From Vermamoeba vermiformis (lineage: Eukaryota), in assembly GCA_045837725.1 (NCBI GenBank), contig JBEWZL010000220.1, positions 248,001 to 291,186 on the forward strand: a stretch of DNA of 43,186 nucleotides, read 5' to 3'. Made by a program: the position numbers and the translations under genes. The notes below the pieces were generated by a model, which ran no database searches, was not told the origin of the DNA, and saw only the letters and a list, made by a program, of their open reading frames with translations. This document shows positions 34,243 through 43,186 of the stretch, one piece after another; the first letter of the stretch is position 1; every line of letters begins with the position of its first letter.

Positions 34243-37200
34243 TTACGAAATTTCCATAGTATCATTTAAGAAAGGGTGTTTAAGGCATTCGTCAGCGCTT
34301 ATGCGTCGATCTGGATCCCATCGTAACATCCGTTGAAGAAGATCCACTACATGATACATATTAGCGACCATTATATAAATATATATATATATCTGCTACT
34401 AACATCCTTCCTCTGTGGCTAATCCACTCAACTCTCCTTGTTTAACTTTCGTAATTAACAATTCGCGTGTCGCCTTTGATCGGATCCGAATGCCGTACAT
34501 CTACCACAATGTTATTAGCCTATAATATTACTATATATCCATACCTTCTCGGCACAGACAAGACCAGCAGAGAAAACGTCCATTTTGTTCGTTTGAGGGT
34601 TATTGTAAATTCTTTCTGGTGCAAAATAGACTGCTGTGCCACCGTGAAAATAACGGCAAGTGCAGCCCTCTGGAACTTCCACAGTAAACTATGATATTGA
34701 AATGTAAATATACTACAACATAATGCAAGTCTTTTACTTACACCAAAATCGATCAGTTTGATCTCATTTGTTGCAGGGTCTACCATAACATTGTTGTGCT
34801 TGATGTCACCATGAATAAAGCCTTGAAAGTGCATGTAATCCAATGCCTAATTAGATAATAATGCATGTCAATATTATGATGCACAAACTAATGCAAGATG
34901 ATCATACCTCTAAAAATCCATGCATAAACAGCTTCAACTCATGCAAATCTTTGTAATCAGGAAGGGGTGACAACAATTCAAGCCATAATTGCACCTTGCC
35001 ATTCCATCTGGTGATCTCATCACGTACTCGCTTCACAATTCCTGAGCCTTCAACAGCAAAGTTAGTTTGGAGCTACTTTCAATCACAATCATTTGATTTG
35101 TACCTGGAAGTCTTCTGATTACTCCTGCTTCATGAAATGCTGTGGATACAGAATCAAATTCTTTGATTGCAATCTCCTTGCCACTGACTTCATCAAAGCA
35201 ACGATACACCCATGTGACACCCTAGGATTATGTAATTAGACACCTTAGTCTGGCTTCACTATTTTAGCAATAATCAGTATTACCAAGTATATAAGGCCTT
35301 CCTTCTGTAGCAGTTGCTCCTTGATCTTTTCATAGTGATTGACATTGTTCTGGTTGTTAGGCAATGTTTGGGCCTGTTTATGATCTGTTTTAAATCTTTT
35401 GTGGTCTGGACCTTCATTGTCATTCTTTCTTTTCTTCAGCTCACTATCTTGATGATATTTTCTCTTTGTGCCCTGTTTGCCCTTTTCATTTGAGTCTGTC
35501 TTGTTCTGTTCCTCTGTCTTCTTTGCTTGCTTTTTCTCATGACGCTTAGCTTTTGTCTGTGCAGTCAAAATCATGGTCACATCCTCAACAACACTCATCA
35601 TCTGATCAAGTGTCTTTGGTACCAATTTCAATGTTTGAGAAGTCTGGTACACTGCCAAACGTGCCATCACAACTCCAAATTGGAGCCAAGTAATGTAGTT
35701 CTTTGTCAACTTGAAGTTGGACACACAAAGTGCTTGGTATTTAAATTTCAGATCGTCATTGTTTGTATTCTCAAGCACAAACACTTGCCAATTGTGTTGT
35801 CTGACATAGAAGCCAAGTGTAAAGTGACGAGGTTTCAGGTAGAATTTTTCTTCTAAATCTCTTATCATGGCCATCTCAATCAATAATTTAACACTAAGAG
35901 AACATTAATGACATTGTTTTTCAAAACATATTCAGTACTTACATGTCAGTTTTGTTGTACTCCTCTCCTTGGCATTCAATGACAATGTGTGGCAAAACAG
36001 ATTCTCCCATGAGTGGAAGCCATGTAGATTTGTTTGATAATAACTGTTGCAATAAATCTGTCATTGGATGTTCTATACGAGCATACACTGTGCTCTCTTT
36101 GATGTCAACACACCAATGTGATGCTGCCAAATCAGGCTTAACTGAACAAGCTGTGTCAAATTCAGGATGATGGTAAAGTTTGTGGTATTGCCTATAATTA
36201 TAACGATATTGTTATTTAAAACATTTGTACTGTTGCAAATACTTACGATTCAATGTTGCCAAAAATGTGACAAAATGCTCTCGCCATTGAAACAATCTTT
36301 GCCTTACTGGCGGTAGAGAAATTTGTCTCCTCAAATATGTATCGCAATGAATTGAAGTACTGCTTCCATCTCGCGTCATTAATGTGAGTGATGGTCCAAT
36401 CACCGTCATTCATATTGTACTTGTCTTCCAATTTAATGACTTTTGTGATGTCACTAGGAGGCAAGTGCTCTGTTTGCTCTTCGTGCATTGGGATCTTGCT
36501 GACATCAAAAACTAGCCAAGGAAACTTTGGAAGAGAATGTTGTGTGGTTGTATTATTAAAAGTCGTATCTGCTTCTATATTGTAATGTATTTTTGCCTTG
36601 GCTAAGTGAGTCGCATTGAATTTAAAGCTTGAAATGTCAATTATGTCTTTTGTCTCATCCACAACCATCTGAATAAAGCGTATTTAGTACAACCATAATA
36701 TATAGTCAAATACAGCCTAATTACCTCTGTAATATAAGTGAATTTTGACGGAGTTGGTTTGTGAGGTTTTTCAAACTGAGGTCGCAATTGCGGGACGGTC
36801 AAAACATCGGTAGATATCACTAAATAAGTAAGTTAAATATGCAACTAAGCGTGATAAGTTCAAAACGGCACTTACCGTGTTTTTTCGTTTCAGATTTGCT
36901 TTGAGCGCCATTTTCCGTCGTTTTTGCAGTCTTGGAACTAAGTTGCTTGGTAGGCCTCCTCATATTGATACCTGTAATCGGACGATTGGCTTTATTCTTC
37001 GTCTCGCCAGTTGTTGGTTTTGCTTCGGCTTTTGAGTTCGAACTTGAATCTGCATCAGATTTCGGATCCACTGTTGAAACGAAGAAAAGTTCTGCTCCGT
37101 GTTTTTCGTACGATTTAATATGCTTCAAATTATTATCTGCCAAACATCTTCGCAGGAGCTGGACCAACTCTTTCTTCCGCTTCGGTTGTTGAAGTTCAGA

Positions 37201-37302
37201 TCTTTGCTTGCGGTAATAATCTAATATTTGCCGTAATATTGGTACGGTAGTCTTCTTATTATCTACCAGCTCTTTTATGGTTGGTTGTGGTGCTTCTGAC
37301 AT
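34243..37302 (-). CDS. Multidomain protein: SAP/HeH-like N-terminus, PD-(D/E)xK-like domain, Ser/Thr protein kinase; about 11 exons
   Basis: In-frame splicing from MSEAPQ (37302) to stop 34243; TVPILRQIL...KKELVQLL; VKPDLAAS...LPHIVIECQ...D.VKLLIE; kinase EIAIK, HGDIKHNNVM, IDFG, GT..YFAPE, DVFSAG, DLLQRML.WDP.RRISA..CL.HPFL. Confidence 0.8.
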
Positions 37303-37417
37303 TTTAAAATCAATTGTTCTGACGAATCCAGTTTTTTGCATTTTGCGCGGGAATTTAAACGTTGGATCAACGAGAGATCTCTCGTTCCAGTTGATAGCAT
37401 AACGATTCAATATATCA

Positions 37418-38675
37418 TTATAGCGTCCAATTAAATGACTTTTGAGTGATAACAGCTGCTCCATATTCGCCGTATTTCTCTTGCGGATCCAATGCTGTTT
37501 TGACGCATCCGACAAAGCGAACAAAGAGCCGCCTATCCAAGTGACATATAGTCTATCATATTTAGCTGTAATATTAATCCTTGGTGCTGCGTATCCGTGT
37601 CGTTTGGTTAACTGGATCAGATCTAGCGTTAATCTCTCGCTAAAATTTGGTAATAATGAACATCCGCCAGATAACACTAAATTCGACCAATATGTATCCC
37701 TATATTGTTGTTCTATATGAGCTATAGCATGGCATATTGTCTCAACTAGTCCGCTACTTTCTAATTTTTGATCAAAAATTATTTCTGGCGCTCGAAATCT
37801 TTCGCTATCTAAATAAGGTTATTGTTAATACAGTACTCATTATAATCATATATATAACTATGCGTACTTATAGTCACTAAGCGTCCTTCGTTCGCGTTGT
37901 ATTGCTGATCGAGCTCGTTGGTACTGTACGATTTTTTAGTGTCGCTTTGAAAGTCCAATGTGACGTAACACAATTGTTCTTATATCTCGCACAATCTCCC
38001 GCTCAAAAACTGAAAGGAACGATATCTATGGCACTTCATGTTAGTCCGTGAAAAATATTGAATTGGTCAATTAAAAATTTAGCAATGGCTTATAAAGTAT
38101 AACAATAGTATACTATAGCATATACGCGAAAAATCTTTTCATGAATTTTTGTCTGTGAAAAAAATACTGACCCTTTCTCCACGAGTATTTTCTGCAGATA
38201 TTCCGTTACATCACGCCCTCCGACAGCATATGAAGACGATGCATATTGTACTAGTCTGCCATCAGTGACGATAGATATTGATGTTGAGCTGTCACCTGTA
38301 AATATAACGGTCAAAAAGTGGTTCAAAACTTGAGTGGATCCGCTACTTCACAACATTACTCGTACGTTATATACAATCATATGATAGTAATAATAATGTA
38401 ATATATCGTACCCGAGTCTATGACCATTCCTGCATTCTTTCCCGCGTGACAAAGTGCGAGCACAGCTGGCTCCGCTACGAGCAATGACGGCACGCAGAAA
38501 GTTTCCAGCATGATCTCCGTTGTCTTCAAAAACGTTTTGTTCTCGTTATGCGCGTATGGGGCAATTAATACGGGATATTCTACCGGTGCTACTTTCAACA
38601 CTTCGTAAAAAGTGTGGTGCCAGATGTGAGCTCGATGTCCGCCAAACTCTTTATTCGCTCTGTTTCAAATAATTC
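37418..38675 (-). pseudogene. Divergent actin/actin-related sequence lacking the N-terminal ~65 residues, with about four frameshifts
   Basis: IWHHTFYEVLKVAP.EYPVL, EIMLETFCVP, GMVIDSGD, GGRDVTEYL, EREIVRDI/EQLCYVTLDF, ERFRAPE, VLSGG, WIGGS, YGEYGAAVITQKSF; indels near 38628, 38023, 37982 and 37476. Confidence 0.85.
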
Positions 38676-39455
38676 CTATTCTTCATATGTGCGTAGTGGT
38701 CTGTGTCCAGTTTTCGGATCAAATTCATCGCTCGTCCATAAAGTAACATTGTCTCGCATCAGGCCCAACAACAAAGTGACGTCGCGATAGTCGTCCTCAT
38801 TTAATGAATCTATTCTATTCACCGCTGCGTGGAATAATTCGCTGGCTATTGTTACAGCTCGCAAAGGATCGTTGAGTCGTTCATAAATAAAAGTTGAATA
38901 TTCTAAAACGAATCCAAGTTTCACGCGATCCAAGTCGTCTAATTGCGTAATATATTCCATGCCTGCTTCATATGCAATTTTTGCTTGATTAATTGCGTTA
39001 ATTCGGTGTTCGTCTCGCTTCAAATCCTGAATCTCCTCCCAATACTGGCCTTTTAATCTATAGAACGAAACTATTTCAGCAATAGTTCGGGTCTTTGGCA
39101 GTACATCGTTGTCTATAATATTAATAGCCTCTAATATAATTTTTTCGTGCTCGTCTATCAATTTTTGTAAATAGATCCGACACAATTCCCACTGCCGATC
39201 CTTTGCTTTGGCAGCTAACCTAATCTCTTGACTACTTGTCTCTCTATAAGCAACTCTAAAGCGTCTAAAGTGCATCGACATCGCTATTGCAAACAGTCTA
39301 CGCTCTTCGCTTGTAAACTCTCCATCCATTTTAGCAAGTTTTTTAATTCCTTGCCACATATCATCGAGCAGATCTGCTTGTTCAGCTAGGTTAATATTAA
39401 ATACTATTTCTTCACGGATATTTATATTATTGGCTTCCATGGTCTTGTGTTGCAA
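38676..39455 (-). CDS. Divergent intronless 14-3-3 domain, probably the 5' part of a 14-3-3-actin chimera
   Basis: LAEQA...DDM, EERRLF, FY.LKG.Y, LG.VL.YS.F.YE.LNDP..A, AV..ID.LNE..Y.D.TLL..L.RDN.TLWTSD. Confidence 0.85.
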   Translation of the reverse strand: MQHKTMEANNINIREEIVFNINLAEQADLLDDMWQGIKKLAKMDGEFTSEERRLFAIAMSMHFRRFRVAYRETSSQEIRLAAKAKDRQWELCRIYLQKLIDEHEKIILEAINIIDNDVLPKTRTIAEIVSFYRLKGQYWEEIQDLKRDEHRINAINQAKIAYEAGMEYITQLDDLDRVKLGFVLEYSTFIYERLNDPLRAVTIASELFHAAVNRIDSLNEDDYRDVTLLLGLMRDNVTLWTSDEFDPKTGHRPLRTYEE

Positions 39456-39545
39456 CGGTCAGATCAAAATAAATCTTTTTTTATTTTTCCGACTCATTAC
39501 CACGACTCTAACAGGTCGAATTGGCGTTATTATTACATATTTATC

Positions 39546-40454
39546 ATGGAGTGCCATTTGGACTTGCCGTCAGAGATATGGACTTCGATTTTGGAATTTT
39601 TGGATGTCAAATCTGTCGCCGTATTCATTCCTCAAGTCAACAAATTATTTAATCACTTAAGTCTCGATGAAAGACTATGGAGGATTAAATGCGTGGCGAA
39701 ACGATTAGATTTTAAGATAAAAAAAGCGGATGAAACATTTAAACAATTTTGCTTGGCCTGTAAGTCTTGTTATTTCACATTCTAATAGAATTAAATATTA
39801 ATATTATACAATAAATCACTTAAGCAGGGTTGCATCAATGGCACCAAAAGACATCCAATTAATCTTTTTATTCCAGCCGATCCACCTCAGTTATTTCCTT
39901 TTCTTGGAATGGAAATAGGACATATAGCCACGGTCGAAGCTGTAGAGAACAATAATCACAAGAAAGGGGTTTCCAGCGTAACTTTTCTTTTCGAACCAAA
40001 TCTGCTTTTACGTCGGATTAGTTTTTATCCAGGCCTTATAAAAGATATCACAACAACGTAGGTCCATATTAAAATACTTACCTTATTGCTGCACTCGATT
40101 TTTCGTCAAATTAAAATGAAAATGAAAATTCAGTACGCGTATTGAATTCGATCTTTAATTAACGTTTATATCCTTAGAGAGAAGCTCTTCAAGGCGTTTA
40201 ACAATTTTGAGCGGTCGTGGTACGACTTGTTGATATTTCTGCGCCGAAAATTTGGAAATTACAAGATGGCACCCTTGCCCAAATATCAGCCCATACGATT
40301 CTCCACTTTTTTTACAGCTGGCGTGCATACCATCGCGATGTATAAGGATGTTTATTATAGGATTGGTATTTCATTCAAAAGCGCTGGAAGTAAGTTCATT
40401 TTTCCGAAAATTCTGGATTTAGATCCGTACCAAACAAAGAAATACTTTCTTTAA
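39546..40454 (+). pseudogene. F-box protein (3 exons) with one apparent frameshift
   Basis: LDLPSEIWTSILEFLD......IPQVNKLFNHLSLDERLWR; exon 2 needs a frame change at caaaag (~39846-39850) to stay open and splice into the 40227 ORF frame. Confidence 0.7.
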
Positions 40455-41041
40455 TAACATAAATAATTAACTATATGCTATTTTCACTATAGTATCATAA
40501 AATAGGCGCAATAATTACATTTAAAGTGCTGGATCGTGCTTTTAGTTTCGGAAATATCTTCAAACCAAGCAAATAATATTAATAAAAATTATTATTTCTT
40601 AGAAAATGAGCTGAGCACATGCACCACAAGTCTTGTGACCATTGAAAGTCCCAGCGATAACGCGACAGCACTGACCTGGGCCGAGCAGTATCACAACCGA
40701 ACTTTAGAACCAGATAACTATGCCATTCCTGACGATGTGTTGTTGGCTTATAAAGATTAGTCGAATATGGCAATATATAGCGATATTAATGGAGCTGCTG
40801 GGAGAATTAGGCGTTGAGATTAAAAATGTGACACGTGTCAAACCTTGTTTTCATAGCGAGTACGGTGATTTAAGTCTATAAATGTATTATTAATAGGCAG
40901 CTTATAATTATAAAAATTAGGGTTATTCCGTATTAATTGTGCGATCAATCCTTTTCATCTTAGCCACAATTTTTTTTGACTCAAAACGTGATTTTGAACA
41001 GCCAACGCATTTTTTATTATTTATTTATTTATATATGAGCC

Positions 41042-43186
41042 ATGGCCAACGGCTGCTTACTGTGTTGCTATGACACAACATTAGTCGTAGCAGTCTTTTG
41101 TTGGATGGTGGCTGTTGGCGCGTTTGTGGCCGGAGTATCAGCTTATGCCTTCTATCAAGTGATAATAGGGTTTTGGATATTTATGGGCATATCATTGGCT
41201 CTATCTGTCGCAGGATATGTAATGTCGAGAAGAAGGCTCAGATGGCGCGACAATTCAAAACGGTCAAAAGGATGGAGTAAGGCAATTAATTGCTTAATAA
41301 TTTGCACCCCAATTTATGCTATTTTTTTATATGAATAATGAAGCCGAATAATAACGTAATAAAAGAAAAATGTGTTGCGAATCTGCAGAATAGTAATTTT
41401 AATTTTCTAATTATTATAGGATCGATTACCGAGCCACCAGTAGTGCAGTATATTTATGTAGTATTAACTGGCACTGTATTGCTCGTTTTTTTCGGCTCCA
41501 TTATTTGGATCACGCAATCTGAATACCGGCCCTTGCTTGATGTCAAGTTTTTAAGCCGTGGACAATTAAGCCATAATTCTGCTACATTTTTAATAAGAGA
41601 TTCTGCTCGTACTTCGGTCGTAAGTCCATTTTGAATCAAATCTTTTTTTATGTTTGCGCGGCCTAAGATCTGCTTTCAAATTACGGCATTTATTGATATT
41701 AGTATAATATAGATCATGCACTATCGTACCGTTGGCTCGCAACAATGGCAAGAAACAAATGAATTCGATTTAACTGAAGCCAGAGATTTTTTAGCGGGCA
41801 TTACGCTTCAAAATTTAACGCCAGCAACAGATTATGAATTCCAAATTATATATGATAATGGCGAGTATACTAGTGATATACAGTCGTTTAGAACGAGGCC
41901 TATTCCGAGTCCTAACAGCACGTACGCGTTCAAGTTCGGATTTGGATCTTGCATCTACAAACAGACCGATCCTTTTTATAAGTAAGTCCTATATTTAAGT
42001 TTACAATATTAATATTTAGCTTATACACTTATTCGTTTATTATTTTAACGAGATTTAAAATAAAAAATTAACGGATGCAGGATCTACAAATATAAAATTA
42101 ACTTATTTTATCGCTAGTATTAAAGCTATGGCAGAAGAAAATCAAGACTTCAATTTATTTCTCGGAGATTTCATTTACATTGACCACCCGTTCCCTCTAA
42201 ACGCAAAAACATCGTTTTATCATTATCGCTACAGATCCGTACACAGCGACGAATATATCAGCCAATTATTGTCTTATCCGAGCTATTATATGCGTAAGTA
42301 ATACACATATATTATTATGAATTTATCTAATCGATTTTTTTTCAGTGGACGATCATGAAATTGAAAATGATTGGGATAAAGGCACTTCCGTAAGATTTTT
42401 ATCAAATTTATTATAATTCGATAATAAAATTGATAAATTTCATTTGCAGGGCAAATATTTCGACGCCATAGCGGCCTGGAAAGATTATTGTGGCGTTAAC
42501 AACCCGAAATTTAACGCCACGGCTCCCGAGAGTAAGACTTGCCTAATTAGGAAATATTCGCTGATTTCCATTTTTAGATGTAGCGCATTATTATAGCTTT
42601 GATATTGGCTGCGCTTCATTTTTTATCGTTGACACGCGAACTTTCAGATCTCCAAATCGAGAGGTAAATATCGCTTAATTAATTATATGTCCTATTATAT
42701 AGATCATATACTAATAGTTTATTCATATAATAGCCCAATGATAGCGAAACTAAGACTATGTTGGGTGCAGATCAGTTACAAGATCTGTTCGCGTGGCTAC
42801 TCAGTCATAATTCTTCGCAAATTAAGGTATAATAATTATAATTATATTAATATAACCTAATAGATATTAATAATCAGCAAACTGATACTAAAAATACCAT
42901 AATTTAAATTTAAATTTAAATTTTTTTTAGTTCATCGGCACGTCAGTCCCGTTCACTGAATTGACGGTCGGATCAGATGTTTGGTCCGGTCGCACAGTCG
43001 AGCGTCAAAAGATACTCGATTTCATCGTGCAGCACCACATCAACGGCATTGTGTTTTTGAGTGGTGACAGTCATTGGGCTGGGGCGTATAAATTGCGCAA
43101 AGGCAAGTCAAGCCAATATATTTTCCTTAAAAATAACACGTACTGCTAGTAATAATACTATCTTGATTGCAAACTGCCTTTTTTTT
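41042..43186 (+). CDS. phoD: PhoD-family alkaline phosphatase with N-terminal transmembrane helices and fn3-like domain; runs off right edge
   Basis: FGFGSC, LFLGDFIYID, DDHEIEND, FFIVDTRTFRS, MLGADQL, DVWSG...ERQKILDFI, VFLSGDSH. Confidence 0.9.

Noticed and set aside
36820-37677. 285-aa ORF suggesting an actin-kinase fusion
   Set aside because: The true actin C-terminus (YGEYGAAVITQKSF, stop at 37418) lies in another frame after a 1-nt loss near 37476; read-through into the kinase gene appears incidental
27535-40454. Endogenous giant virus or Polinton
   Set aside because: No capsid, packaging ATPase, PolB or primase seen; most genes have host-type introns
40536-40773. Short ORFs between F-box and PhoD genes
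   Set aside because: No recognisable motif or clear gene structure; possibly a fragment

Overview
AT-rich, intron-rich eukaryotic DNA (standard code; short, mostly GT-AG introns), most consistent with a protist, possibly amoebozoan-like (inference). The left part holds mostly housekeeping genes: a GBA2-type glucosylceramidase (5' part), two intronless LRR paralogues, a giant RCC1-DH-PH-class I PI3K, an aquaporin, glutamate-cysteine ligase, and two convergent membrane-domain/pyruvyltransferase paralogues flanking a small phage-like gene. An accessory island at about 27.5-40.5 kb follows. It contains a Pol-beta-type nucleotidyltransferase gene, an apparently intact spliced USP deubiquitinase-piggyBac transposase fusion (~880 aa), a convergent SAP-like/restriction-endonuclease-like/kinase gene, a lesioned 14-3-3-actin chimera and a frameshifted F-box gene. 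A PhoD phosphatase runs off the right end. All exon structures were assembled by eye; no database searches were run.
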